A stretch of DNA of 64,000 bases, from assembly GCA_963668175.1 (NCBI GenBank), contig OY764159.1, positions 224,001-288,000 of the forward strand, given 5' to 3'. This DNA is from Syntrophales bacterium (lineage in GTDB: Bacteria; Desulfobacterota; Syntrophia; Syntrophales; PHBD01). This document shows, piece by piece, positions 28,992 through 40,454 of the stretch. The position numbers and the translations under genes were made by a program. The number at the start of each line of letters is the position of its first letter. Positions within the stretch are counted from its first letter, which is position 1. Under the pieces are notes generated by a model. The model made no database searches. It was not told the origin of the DNA and worked only from the letters and a program-made list of their open reading frames with translations.

Positions 28992-30668
28992 TTAAACCTT
29001 TAGATCGCCCCAATCGGACTTCTTCATCGGAACGCGCAGCGCGATTTCAAACGCCCGGGCTATCTTATCCCTGGCTTCGCTGAACGCGACGACGCCGTCA
29101 TGGAACAGGAGGGATCCGGTATAGAAAGGATGACCTTCGGAATCGTACCGGTCTCTCATCATCTGGCGGAATTGGGCCATTTCTTCCTCATTGACCGTGC
29201 CACCCTTGTCGACGATGTTCTTGCGGCGGACCGTCTCAACGATGAAACCGGCCGTCTCACCGGACATAACGGTGGTGCGTCCTCTCATGTTTGTGAAGGC
29301 AAACCGGGGTTTGAAGGCACGGCCGCACATACCGTAGTTGGCAGCGCCGTGGTCCGGACCGATGACGTAGGTAATCTTTGGCGTATCGAGGCATGTACAG
29401 GCACGGACCATGTCGGAACCGTATTTACCGATACCGCCCCACTCTTCGGCCTTACCGACCATGTAGCCGGGCGAACCCTGGAGGAAGAGGACGGGAAGCT
29501 TGGAATTGCCGCAGCGGATCATCCATTCCGTCGCCTTCCGGGCCGCGTCGATATAAATGACGCCGCTGGCATTGGAGGCGATGACACCCACGGGGATTCC
29601 CTTCATCCACATCTTGCCGGCGATGATCGAATCACCGCGGCCGGGACCGTAGGTGGGTTTATATTCATGGAAGTAGCTGTCATCAGCCAGACACTTAATG
29701 GTGTCTTTGATGTTGATGTATTGATAAGTATCGGTGGGAGTGGCACTCATCATTTCTTTGAAATCGAATTTCGGTGCCCGCGTTTCCCGCCGGTCGATAT
29801 AGAGACCCTGGCGCGGCTCGAATTCCATCATGGCGCGGAGCTTCGCGATACCCTCTTCCTGGGTCCTGACAAAGTGATCGCATCCACCCGAATGCTGCGT
29901 ATGGACATAAGCACCGCCGAGGTCTTCCGGGGAGACCGTCTCGCCGATGGCCGACTTCACCATCGGGGGCCCCGCCAGGAAGGCATAGGCCATCTTTTCG
30001 ATCATGATGGATTCGCTCGCCAGATAGACGATGTAGGCGCCGCCGGCCGTGTTGCCGCCCGTGGACAGCGTATACTGCCGGATACCCTTGGCCGACATGC
30101 GGCACATGTTGTAGAACATGCTGCCGAAATGGCCGTCGTCGGCGAAGCAGCCGAGCTGGAGGGGCAGGTTGATTCCGCCCGAGTCGGCGATGTAGATGCA
30201 GGGCAGTTCCGACTGTTCGGCAATCGCCTGCGCCCGCATATGTTTTTTCAGTGTGATCGGGAAATACGTTCCCGCCGCGTAACGGTTTTCGTTCGCAAAA
30301 ATCATGCAGTCGACACCCATGACGGTCCCCACACCCGTCACGACCCCACCACCAGGGATATGACCGCGTTTTTCCGATTCGTAAATCTCACCACCGTACA
30401 GCTTCTTTTTGCCGATGTCGTAACCCGCGTCCAGACCCAATTCGAAGAACTCGGTCCCCGGATCGATCAACATCGAAATAAGCTCGCGCATGGGTTTTTT
30501 GTTCTGCTTGGCCAAACGTGCCACCTGATCGGCCCCGCCTATATTATAGGCCTCCTCACGGTGCTTGAGAAGAATGGCGTCCTGCTCTTCCCAGAACTTG
30601 AGATTCTTCTCCTTTTCCATTGCGAGTCTTTCCGCTCTTGTCAATTTTTTCTTTTCTTCTTCTGCCAT
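28992..30668 (-). CDS. Acyl-CoA carboxyltransferase (methylcrotonyl-CoA carboxylase beta-like)
   Basis: AGTYFPITLKKHMRAQ, DSGG, TAGGAY, LAGPPMVK, GYMVG and GAANYGMCGRAF motifs. Confidence 0.9.
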   Translation of the reverse strand: MAEEEKKKLTRAERLAMEKEKNLKFWEEQDAILLKHREEAYNIGGADQVARLAKQNKKPMRELISMLIDPGTEFFELGLDAGYDIGKKKLYGGEIYESEKRGHIPGGGVVTGVGTVMGVDCMIFANENRYAAGTYFPITLKKHMRAQAIAEQSELPCIYIADSGGINLPLQLGCFADDGHFGSMFYNMCRMSAKGIRQYTLSTGGNTAGGAYIVYLASESIMIEKMAYAFLAGPPMVKSAIGETVSPEDLGGAYVHTQHSGGCDHFVRTQEEGIAKLRAMMEFEPRQGLYIDRRETRAPKFDFKEMMSATPTDTYQYINIKDTIKCLADDSYFHEYKPTYGPGRGDSIIAGKMWMKGIPVGVIASNASGVIYIDAARKATEWMIRCGNSKLPVLFLQGSPGYMVGKAEEWGGIGKYGSDMVRACTCLDTPKITYVIGPDHGAANYGMCGRAFKPRFAFTNMRGRTTVMSGETAGFIVETVRRKNIVDKGGTVNEEEMAQFRQMMRDRYDSEGHPFYTGSLLFHDGVVAFSEARDKIARAFEIALRVPMKKSDWGDLKV

Positions 30669-30694
30669 GTTGTCCTCCTCATTAGAATAATGAT

Positions 30695-30836
30695 AAAATG
30701 AACATGCGGCGGTTTTGTGAAAGAACAGGTCGTGCTGCGAGTAACGTCACTCGTTGGCTATTGGGGCGTAGGCATCGAGATATGTCGCAGGAAAAAAAAC
30801 AACCCACCTATGCTTTTCATCCCGCCGTTTCATTTT
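30695..30836 (-). other. Candidate structured leader RNA (long imperfect hairpin)
   Basis: Nested complementary segments aaaatgaa/ttcatttt, cggcgg/ccgccg, tgaaag/ttttca and ctgcga/tcgcag. Confidence 0.4.
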
Positions 30837-31130
30837 CATGCCTGAAAAAACAGAGCATCTGTATCTAATTGTTGTCTAAATATCAATTCCTTTTTTACGA
30901 TTGTGCAATAAAAAAGCCATACATATGATATTGCAGGTTTTATGCCTGTACAGACGGCCTTTTTCGGCCTCGTCGACGCATCATCAAAGGATCCGACGAC
31001 CTTGGATTATGCAGGGACTGAAGAGAGGGCATGGACGGATTTGTCCATGCCCATCCTTCTGACCAGATCAGCGGACAGTGGTTATAAATGAAATAATATG
31101 ATAGGTGATTTTTTTTATCGGAGGTAAGGC

Positions 31131-31931
31131 GTGGACAAAGAAGAATCGCGGGATACGGCAGGAGCTTTTGAAAAACTCCTTGAGCTGGTTACGAAATTGC
31201 GCGGCCCGGACGGCTGCCCCTGGGACAGGTCAAGAACGAAGGAGGAGATCGGACGCTATCTGATCGGGGAGGCCTACGAGGTCATCGACGCCATCGCAAC
31301 CGGTTCAAGGGACGGCTTGAAAGAAGAATTGGGCGATCTTCTTTTTCATATCATCTTTCTGGCCCGGATGGCGGAAGAGGACGGAACGTTCGAAATAACG
31401 GACGTCATGACGGCGATAACCGAGAAAATGATCCGCCGCCACCCCCATGTTTTCGGAAACGTAACTGTCCGAAATGTTGGTGATGTCAAAGACAATTGGG
31501 ATGAAATCAAGAAGGAGGAATATCTCCGCAAAGGGATAACGCCGGGTCTGCTGGACCGGGTACCCAGGTCGCTGCCGGCCCTCATGAAGGCCAAAGAAAT
31601 GACGGCCAAGGCGTCGCAAGTCGGCTTTGACTGGCAGAGGACCGAAGATGTTCTCTCCAAAGTCGAAGAGGAACTCGCCGAACTGAAAGCGGCGATTCTG
31701 GAAGGTCAAAAAAGCCGCGTTCAGGAGGAAACGGGAGATCTGCTCTTTTCTATCGTCAATTTAAGCCGTTTCACAGGCGTCGATGCCGAGGAGTCCCTTC
31801 AAGGCACAAACGCAAAATTTGCCAGGCGATTTGCCCACATTGAGGAACAGCTTCTCGGACAGGGAAAAACCCCGGCATCGGCAACCCTTGAAGAGATGGA
31901 CCGCCTCTGGGATGAATCGAAAGGCCGGTGA
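31131..31931 (+). CDS. mazG: Nucleoside triphosphate pyrophosphohydrolase
   Basis: LRGPDGCPWD, EELGDLL, RRHPHVF and GFDW motifs; tandem domains. Confidence 0.95.
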   Translation: MDKEESRDTAGAFEKLLELVTKLRGPDGCPWDRSRTKEEIGRYLIGEAYEVIDAIATGSRDGLKEELGDLLFHIIFLARMAEEDGTFEITDVMTAITEKMIRRHPHVFGNVTVRNVGDVKDNWDEIKKEEYLRKGITPGLLDRVPRSLPALMKAKEMTAKASQVGFDWQRTEDVLSKVEEELAELKAAILEGQKSRVQEETGDLLFSIVNLSRFTGVDAEESLQGTNAKFARRFAHIEEQLLGQGKTPASATLEEMDRLWDESKGR

Positions 31932-32105
31932 TCCGTCCATGCCTTTATCCGGACCATGTCGCCGAAATGTGTTACGAAGAACCCTTATCAGCAGTAAGGA
32001 CAGCGGTTTGCATAAACAATGAGCCCGCGCAAACGGAGAGAAACGGTTGCGGGAAAACAGCGGGCGTGCTAGTGAAACCGGCAAATCGTGTTATAGAAAG
32101 GCATT

Positions 32106-32291
32106 ATGGATTTCTTTCTTTGCGTTCTGGGAATGGTTTTGATCATCGAAGGCGTTCCATACTTCGCCTTTCCGGACAAGTTGAAGAATTATCTCAACAA
32201 GATTAGGGAGATACAGGATTCCCACCTGAGGATTATGGGATTTGCCGCCATGATCGTCGGACTGATTCTGTTATATTTCGGGAAAAGATAA
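32106..32291 (+). CDS. DUF2065 small membrane protein
   Basis: GMVLIIEGVPYFAFP...LRIMG pattern; upstream of queA. Confidence 0.85.
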   Translation: MDFFLCVLGMVLIIEGVPYFAFPDKLKNYLNKIREIQDSHLRIMGFAAMIVGLILLYFGKR

Positions 32292-32298
32292 ATATCTC

Positions 32299-33333
32299 AT
32301 GGACATCGACGAATTCGACTATACGCTTCCGGAAAGGCTCATCGCCCAGGAGCCTTCCCCGGAGCGCGACATGTCCCGGATGATGATCGTAAAACGCGCC
32401 GAAGAATCAATCTCGGCGGGTCACTTCCGGCAGCTGCCCGATTTTTTGAAAAAAGGCGATGTCCTGGTGATCAACGATTCGAAAGTGATTCCCGCCCGCC
32501 TTTACGGCCGGAAAGATACGGGCAGCGTCATTGAAATCCTGCTGCTGGCGAGGCAGGATTTTTACGACGATGCCGTATGGGAGGTCCTTTTAAAACCGGC
32601 GAAACGTGTTCGCATCGGCACGACGATCTTTTTCGGGTCCGGCGTCAAAGGACAGCTTATCGACCGGAAGGGGGACAAGAAATGGCTCCTTCGATTCGAT
32701 ATGGATACCCCCCTTGATCAATTCCTGGAGGAACACGGCAGCATACCGCTTCCACCCTACATCAAAAGACCTAAAGCCGATATGACGACAAGCGACGACC
32801 GGCAGCGATACCAGACGCTTTACGCCCGCATCCCCGGTTCGGTCGCCGCACCGACCGCCGGACTCCATTTTTCGGACGGCATGCTGCAACACATAAGGGG
32901 GTATGGCATCCCGGTCGTATCGGTTACGCTTCATGTCGGCTATGGAACGTTCATGCCCGTCACCGCAAAAAAGGTGGAGGATCACATCGTGGACGAGGAA
33001 TTTTTCGAAGTGACGGAAGAAGCGGCGGATGCGATCAACAGAGCAGAAAGAGTAATAGCCGTCGGAACGACCTCCACCCGTGTCGTCGAGGCGGCGACAG
33101 GCAAAGACGGCCGCGTCAAACCCGGGTCGTGGCATACCGGTCTTTTCATCTACCCCGGATATCGATTCAAGCGCCTGGGGGCCCTGCTTACCAATTTTCA
33201 CCTTCCGCGCTCGTCCCTTTTCCTCTTGGTGTGCGCCTTTGCGGGCTCCGGGCTGATGCAGAGGGCATACCGCCGGGCCGTGGAGGAAGCGTTCCGTTTT
33301 TACAGCTACGGGGATTGCATGCTTATCCTTTAG
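32299..33333 (+). CDS. queA: S-adenosylmethionine:tRNA ribosyltransferase-isomerase
   Basis: PLPPYI, GSVAAPTAGLHF, TNFHLP and FYSYGD motifs. Confidence 0.97.
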   Translation: MDIDEFDYTLPERLIAQEPSPERDMSRMMIVKRAEESISAGHFRQLPDFLKKGDVLVINDSKVIPARLYGRKDTGSVIEILLLARQDFYDDAVWEVLLKPAKRVRIGTTIFFGSGVKGQLIDRKGDKKWLLRFDMDTPLDQFLEEHGSIPLPPYIKRPKADMTTSDDRQRYQTLYARIPGSVAAPTAGLHFSDGMLQHIRGYGIPVVSVTLHVGYGTFMPVTAKKVEDHIVDEEFFEVTEEAADAINRAERVIAVGTTSTRVVEAATGKDGRVKPGSWHTGLFIYPGYRFKRLGALLTNFHLPRSSLFLLVCAFAGSGLMQRAYRRAVEEAFRFYSYGDCMLIL

Positions 33334-33365
33334 TATATTATTTAACGACAGTTCTGCAAGATTGA

Positions 33366-34526
<1,161 letters not shown>

Positions 34527-34531
34527 ACCAT

Positions 34532-34870
34532 ATGATGGATGTAGCATATGCCATGGGAGGCTTCGGAGGAGGAGGCGGCGCTCCGGCCGGCGGTATGGAT
34601 TGGGGCTTCATGGTGATGATCGCCGCGTTGTTCGGTATTTTCTACTTCCTGCTGATCAGGCCCCAACAGAAGCAGCAGAAGGAACACAAAGATATGCTGG
34701 CGAACCTGGCGCATGGCGATACGGTGATGACCAACGGCGGTATTCATGGGAAAGTCGTGGCTATCACGGACAATGTCATTACACTGGAAGTGGCCGACAA
34801 GGTTCGCATCAAGGTCGGACGTAATTTTATCGGCGCCGTGCTGCAAAAGACAGAAAAAGATAAAGAATAA
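34532..34870 (+). CDS. yajC: Preprotein translocase subunit YajC
   Basis: FYFLLIRPQQK and GDTVMTNGGIHG motifs; tgt-yajC-secD order. Confidence 0.95.
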   Translation: MMDVAYAMGGFGGGGGAPAGGMDWGFMVMIAALFGIFYFLLIRPQQKQQKEHKDMLANLAHGDTVMTNGGIHGKVVAITDNVITLEVADKVRIKVGRNFIGAVLQKTEKDKE

Positions 34871-34889
34871 TTAAGTCAAGGGGTTGATA

Positions 34890-36488
34890 ATGATTAAGAG
34901 TATTCCCTTAAGAGCGGCCATTGCGGCAGTCATCTGTCTCGCGGCCCTGTTTTGCCTAACACCATCCCTGACTTCGGATTTGCCCCCTTTCTGGAAAAAG
35001 ATGGTGGATAAGATTCCTCTGGGTCTCGATTTGCAGGGGGGAACGCATCTCGTGCTGGAAGTCGACACGGCGAAAGCCGTCGAAGGCTTTCTGGATCAGA
35101 CGGCCAACGGCCTCAAGGAAACGCTGATGGAGAACAAGGTGCGTTTCCGCTTCATTGAGAGGGCGGCCAAGGCCAATACCGTGACCTTCGAACTTCCCGA
35201 TGCCGCCTCGCGTACCGCTTTTGAAAAGACGCTTAAAGACCGTTTCCTCGATTTGGACATCGCATCGTCGGAAATCCGTGAAGGACGCGAAGTCGTTTCG
35301 CTCAAGCTCAAAGAGAGAAGGGCCGAGGAAATCAAGAAGCAGGCCGTCGAACAAAGCGTAGAGACCATCCGCAACCGTGTCGACCAGTTTGGCATCACGG
35401 AACCGGAAATCATTCCGGAAGGCAATGATCGCATCGTCATCCAGCTTCCGGGTATCAAGGACCCGGCGCGGGCAAAAAAACTCATCGGCGAAACGGCCCT
35501 TTTGGAATTCAAGCTGGTTGACGAAGAGCATTCCGTTGAGGAAGCCCTTAGAGGCAAGATCCCCGAAGGTGATATGATTGCCTATGAATCGCGTGTGGAC
35601 CGGGATTCGGGCCGCCGTAATTCCAGCGCCATACTCTTGAAAAGCAAGACCCTCCTTGCCGGCAATTCTCTGGAAAGCGCAAAAGTTCAGATGGGCGACC
35701 GGTTAGGCGGAATTCATGTTTCCATTAAATTCAATGCCCAGGGCGCAAGGGATTTCGAGAGAATAACGGGTGAAAACGTCGGCAAGAGGCTGGCCATCGT
35801 TCTTGACGGGACAGTCCATTCGGCGCCTGTCATCAAAGACCGTATCGCGGGCGGACAAGCCGTCATTGAGGGCCAGTTTACCGTAGATGAGGCAAGGGAT
35901 CTTGCCATTGTCCTCAGGGCGGGCGCCTTACCGGCACCGGTGAACTTCCTGGAAGAAAGGACCGTCGGACCGTCCCTTGGCCAGGATTCCATCGACAAAG
36001 GCATCTGGTCCGCCATCATCGGCCTTGCCCTCGTTGCCGTCTTTATGGTGATCTATTATAAACTCTCGGGGATCGTTGCCAATATCGCCCTGATTCTGAA
36101 TATCGTGATCCTGTTGGGTGCGCTGGCGGCATTTAGGGCCACACTTACCCTCCCCGGCATCGCCGGCATCATCCTCATCATCGGTATGTCGGTGGATGCC
36201 AACGTCTTGATCTTTGAAAGAATCCGGGAAGAGCTTCGCGCCGGCAAAACGGCCCGGGCTGCCATTGAAACCGGTTATTCCAAGGCCTTTTTGACGATCC
36301 TCGATACCAACGTCAATGCCCTGATCGCCTCACTTTTCTTATTCGGATTCGGAACATCCGCGGTGAAGGGGTTCGCCGCGACGCTGAGCATAGGCATTGT
36401 CATCAGCCTTTTTACGGCCGTTTTTGTCACCAGGATCATATTTGACTATTTCGTCTGGCATCAAAAGATTACGAACGTCAGCGTCTAA
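34890..36488 (+). CDS. secD: Protein translocase subunit SecD
   Basis: LGLDLQGG, LRAGALPAP, VGPSLG and DANVLIFERIREE motifs. Confidence 0.97.
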   Translation: MIKSIPLRAAIAAVICLAALFCLTPSLTSDLPPFWKKMVDKIPLGLDLQGGTHLVLEVDTAKAVEGFLDQTANGLKETLMENKVRFRFIERAAKANTVTFELPDAASRTAFEKTLKDRFLDLDIASSEIREGREVVSLKLKERRAEEIKKQAVEQSVETIRNRVDQFGITEPEIIPEGNDRIVIQLPGIKDPARAKKLIGETALLEFKLVDEEHSVEEALRGKIPEGDMIAYESRVDRDSGRRNSSAILLKSKTLLAGNSLESAKVQMGDRLGGIHVSIKFNAQGARDFERITGENVGKRLAIVLDGTVHSAPVIKDRIAGGQAVIEGQFTVDEARDLAIVLRAGALPAPVNFLEERTVGPSLGQDSIDKGIWSAIIGLALVAVFMVIYYKLSGIVANIALILNIVILLGALAAFRATLTLPGIAGIILIIGMSVDANVLIFERIREELRAGKTARAAIETGYSKAFLTILDTNVNALIASLFLFGFGTSAVKGFAATLSIGIVISLFTAVFVTRIIFDYFVWHQKITNVSV

Positions 36489-36533
36489 GAAGCATCAGCA
36501 GCCGTATACCGGCTTTACGGACAGGAGCATGGC

Positions 36534-37442
36534 ATGGAACTTGTAAAACCAGGGATCAATATAAACTTTGTAGGCATGATGCGGTATGCGGTCATCTTCT
36601 CGACGGTCCTGACCATTATTTGCATTATATGCTTCATATTCAAAGGCTTCAATTACGGTATCGATTTCGCCGGCGGGACGCTGGTACAGATCAAATTTCA
36701 GAAGACGACGGCTGCGGACGATATACGCAAGGTTTTGACCAGCATCGGCATCAACGACAGCATCATCCAACCTTTCGGACCTAATGAGGTCATCGTCAGG
36801 ACGGCGGAATCCACATCGGATGTCAAAGGCCTGTCCTCCAAGATAGAAGAGGCCATGAACGCCGCATACGGTAAAGGCGCCCTTGAGGTTCAGCGGGTGG
36901 AAGTCGTGGGCCCGAAGGTCGGAAAAGACCTGACGAGAAAAGCCATCCTCGCGGTTGTTTTCTCCTGGATCGGTATGCTGATTTATATAGCCATCCGTTT
37001 CGAGTTCCGCTACGCCTTGGGCGGGATCATAGGTGTTATCCACGACGTCATCGTCGTCCTCGGGATCTTCGTCATTTTCAACAAGGAATTCACATTGACG
37101 ATCGTCGCCGCGGTACTGACGGTCATCGGTTATTCCATCCATGATTCGATCGTCGTCTTCGACCGGGTCCGCGAGAATGTCAGGAAAGATCCGCGCAAAG
37201 ACCTACGGACGGTCGTCAATGAAAGCATCAATCAGACGTTGAGCCGGACAATCCTGACCTCTTTCACGGTTGCCCTCGTCGTCGCTGTTCTCTTCTTCTT
37301 TGGCGGAGCCGTCATCCACGATTTTGCCTTCGCACTCCTGGTCGGTGTCATCTTCGGAACGTATTCGTCGGTAGCTATTGCCAGCCCGGTGGTCCTGGCA
37401 TGGGAAAGGTTTAAACCTTCAAAGAAGAAGAGGAAAAAATAA
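36534..37442 (+). CDS. secF: Protein translocase subunit SecF
   Basis: GIDFAGG, GYSIHDSIVVFDRVRE and TLSRT motifs. Confidence 0.97.
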   Translation: MELVKPGININFVGMMRYAVIFSTVLTIICIICFIFKGFNYGIDFAGGTLVQIKFQKTTAADDIRKVLTSIGINDSIIQPFGPNEVIVRTAESTSDVKGLSSKIEEAMNAAYGKGALEVQRVEVVGPKVGKDLTRKAILAVVFSWIGMLIYIAIRFEFRYALGGIIGVIHDVIVVLGIFVIFNKEFTLTIVAAVLTVIGYSIHDSIVVFDRVRENVRKDPRKDLRTVVNESINQTLSRTILTSFTVALVVAVLFFFGGAVIHDFAFALLVGVIFGTYSSVAIASPVVLAWERFKPSKKKRKK

Positions 37443-37443
37443 A

Positions 37444-37956
37444 TTGTCTCCCCTCGAAATAGCTGGAACGACCCTCTTCATCCTCTTGCTGTTTCTGGGC
37501 ATATTCACCACGGTCTACGGCTTACCGGGCACGATCATCATCCTTATCGATGTGATCATTTATGCCCTCCTCACCGGTTTCGACCAGATCGGCATCAAAG
37601 TCATTTTGGTGCTGATTTTTTTGTCGGTGCTGGGAGAAGCCATCGACTTCGGGCTCAGCATGGCAGGGGCGCAAAGATTCGGGGCGTCGAAGAAGGGGGC
37701 ATGGGCATCGGTTATCGGAGGCGTGATAGGCATCGCCGTCATGTCGCCTTTTTTTTACGGACTAGGTACGCTGGCCGGAGCGTTCCTGGGAGGTTTTGCG
37801 GGTGTGTTTATCGTCGAAATCCTTCGCCAAAGGAGTTTTAAACCGGCCTTGCGGGCAGGTTACGGGTCTATACTGGGCAGAGTGGCGGCAACGCTGAGCA
37901 AAGGATTCATCTGCCTGGTCATGATCATCGTCGTTTTAATCAACATCTACTCATAA
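37444..37956 (+). CDS. DUF456 family membrane protein
   Basis: LPG...GAQRFGASKKGAWASVIG...GAFLG pattern; TTG start directly after the secF stop. Confidence 0.8.
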   Translation: MSPLEIAGTTLFILLLFLGIFTTVYGLPGTIIILIDVIIYALLTGFDQIGIKVILVLIFLSVLGEAIDFGLSMAGAQRFGASKKGAWASVIGGVIGIAVMSPFFYGLGTLAGAFLGGFAGVFIVEILRQRSFKPALRAGYGSILGRVAATLSKGFICLVMIIVVLINIYS

Positions 37957-38028
37957 ACAAGCGATTCGTCCGGGTGACCGGCTTGCGGCCTGACCGCCTG
38001 CGGGGAATCGCAGCATTAAGGATCATAA

Positions 38029-38643
38029 ATGACCGTCAATAAAGACAAGATCAGGGAATATGCGGAAGCGATCATTATCGCCATCTTGATCGCTTTTTTC
38101 ATAAGAACGTTCATCGTTCAGGCCTATAAAATACCGTCGGAGTCAATGAAGCCGACGCTTCTGATCGGGGATCACATCCTGGTGAACAAATTCATCTATG
38201 GTGTAAAGATACCCTTCGTTCGCTCGACCCTGATACCGATCGGCGATCCCAAAAGGGGCGATATTGTGGTCTTCATCTACCCGGTTGAACGGGACAAGGA
38301 TTTTATCAAACGAGTCATCGGCATCGGAGGCGATAAAGTGGAAATAAAGAACAAGAAGGTCTTCGTCAACGACAAGCCCGTCGACGATCCTTTTGCCGTA
38401 TTCGTGGACGAGAACATTTACCCCAGCGCCATAGAGCCGAAGCGCGACAATTTCGGGCCTGTCGTCGTTCCCCAGGGAAAATTGTTTGTCATGGGAGACA
38501 ACAGGGACAGAAGTCTTGACAGCCGTTATTGGGGGTTCGTCGATTTGAAAGACGTCATGGGCAAGGCCTTTATCATCTACTGGTCATGGAACAGCGAAGA
38601 GCATTGGGTACGCGGGGACCGGTTCGGGAAAATCCTTCATTGA
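38029..38643 (+). CDS. lepB: Signal peptidase I
   Basis: IPSESMKPTL, FIKRVIG and GDNRDRSLDSRYWG motifs. Confidence 0.96.
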   Translation: MTVNKDKIREYAEAIIIAILIAFFIRTFIVQAYKIPSESMKPTLLIGDHILVNKFIYGVKIPFVRSTLIPIGDPKRGDIVVFIYPVERDKDFIKRVIGIGGDKVEIKNKKVFVNDKPVDDPFAVFVDENIYPSAIEPKRDNFGPVVVPQGKLFVMGDNRDRSLDSRYWGFVDLKDVMGKAFIIYWSWNSEEHWVRGDRFGKILH

Positions 38644-38659
38644 CGTCCCCCATTCCAGC

Positions 38660-38688
38660 TTGACAGTTCAAGGACATTTCATTATATT
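38660..38688 (+). promoter_or_regulatory. sigma70 promoter of the pyr operon
   Basis: TTGACA-17 bp-TATATT. Confidence 0.7.
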
Positions 38689-38712
38689 AGAGAAGTCCTT
38701 TAACTGCTTAAA

Positions 38713-38746
38713 GCCTTTTAATTTAATCCTGCGAGATTAAAAAAGG
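38713..38746 (+). promoter_or_regulatory. PyrR binding loop (attenuator anti-antiterminator)
   Basis: CCTTTTAA...AATCCTGCGAGATT...AAAAGG closely matches the ARUCCNGNGAGGYU PyrR consensus; upstream of pyrR. Confidence 0.85.
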
Positions 38747-38786
38747 GTGGTTATGAAAGATCCGATTGTACATCATATGCGTCACG

Positions 38787-38820
38787 AAGCCTTCTCTTCT
38801 CCGGGGAAGGTTTTTTTTTT
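38787..38820 (+). terminator. Attenuator terminator of the pyr leader
   Basis: aagccttctc/ggggaaggttt stem followed by T10. Confidence 0.85.
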
Positions 38821-38870
38821 GAACGAACGGTTACGATGGGCGGCTCGCCGGTATCATCGATGAGCCATAA

Positions 38871-39443
<573 letters not shown>

Positions 39444-39521
39444 CCTGGAAAAGAGACCGGTTCTCAGTTGTAAATCCCCTGCAGGGGATGACCATTTAAA
39501 AAGGATATCAAAGGATAGCAG

Positions 39522-40454
39522 ATGTCGCTCATGAAATTGACCCAAAAAGACCTGCTCGGCATTAAGGAACTCGCCGTGGACGAGATTCAGCTCATTCTCG
39601 ATACGGCGGAGTCCTTTATCGAAGTATCGACCCGGGAGATCAAAAAAGTCCCGACCCTGCGGGGCAAGACCGTGATCAATCTCTTTTTCGAGGCAAGCAC
39701 CCGGACCAGGACGTCCTTCGAAATTGCCGGCAAGAGACTCAGTGCCGACACTATCAATATCTCGTCGTCCACGAGCAGCGTCGTTAAAGGAGAGACCCTC
39801 ATCGATACGGCCAGAAACCTGGATGCCATGAATCCGGACGTGATCGTCCTCAGGCACAGTACGCCGGGAGCTCCCCACATGCTGGCCAAGCGCGTTCGGC
39901 AGTCGATCATCAACGCCGGAGATGGGGCTCATGAACATCCGACGCAGGCCCTGCTGGACATGATGACCGTCCGTATAAAGAAAGGCGGGATAGCCGGACT
40001 CAAGGTCGCCATTATCGGAGACATCGCCCATAGCCGCGTCGCCAGATCGAACATCTACGGGTTTCAGAAGATGGGGGCGCAAGTGGTCGTTGCCGGACCG
40101 GCGACGATGATGCCGCGCGGCATCGAACAGATGGGCGTCCAAGCTTTTTTACGCATCGAAGACGCCATCAGGGATGCCGACGTCGTCATGATGCTTCGCG
40201 TCCAGATGGAGCGGCAGCAGCAGAACATATTCCCCTCGTTGAGGGAATACTCTTCCTACTTCGGTTTGAACCGCAAGAATCTCGCCCTGGCCAAGAAAGA
40301 CGTCCTCGTCATGCACCCGGGGCCGATGAACAGAGGCGTGGAGATATCTCCCGAGATAGCAGACGGCCCCAGCTCCGTTATCCTCGCCCAGGTCACCTAC
40401 GGCATTGCCGTGAGGATGGCCATTCTCTATCTGCTGACGGGAGGTCAATCATGA
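39522..40454 (+). CDS. pyrB: Aspartate carbamoyltransferase
   Basis: [22 protein letters not shown] and MHPGP motifs. Confidence 0.97.
   Translation: MSLMKLTQKDLLGIKELAVDEIQLILDTAESFIEVSTREIKKVPTLRGKTVINLFFEASTRTRTSFEIAGKRLSADTINISSSTSSVVKGETLIDTARNLDAMNPDVIVLRHSTPGAPHMLAKRVRQSIINAGDGAHEHPTQALLDMMTVRIKKGGIAGLKVAIIGDIAHSRVARSNIYGFQKMGAQVVVAGPATMMPRGIEQMGVQAFLRIEDAIRDADVVMMLRVQMERQQQNIFPSLREYSSYFGLNRKNLALAKKDVLVMHPGPMNRGVEISPEIADGPSSVILAQVTYGIAVRMAILYLLTGGQS

Noticed and set aside
26839..30701. Long plus-strand ORFs (468, 283 and 533 aa)
   Set aside because: They are antisense shadows of well-supported minus-strand enzymes, expected in GC-rich codon-biased DNA, and carry no motifs.
31027..31052. 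Perfect 10-bp hairpin gggcatggac/gtccatgccc upstream of mazG
   Set aside because: It has no T-tail and lies in a divergent intergenic region; a function cannot be supported from sequence alone.
31928..32206. 92-aa ORF overlapping the mazG stop
   Set aside because: It overlaps the better-supported DUF2065 gene in another frame and has no motif.
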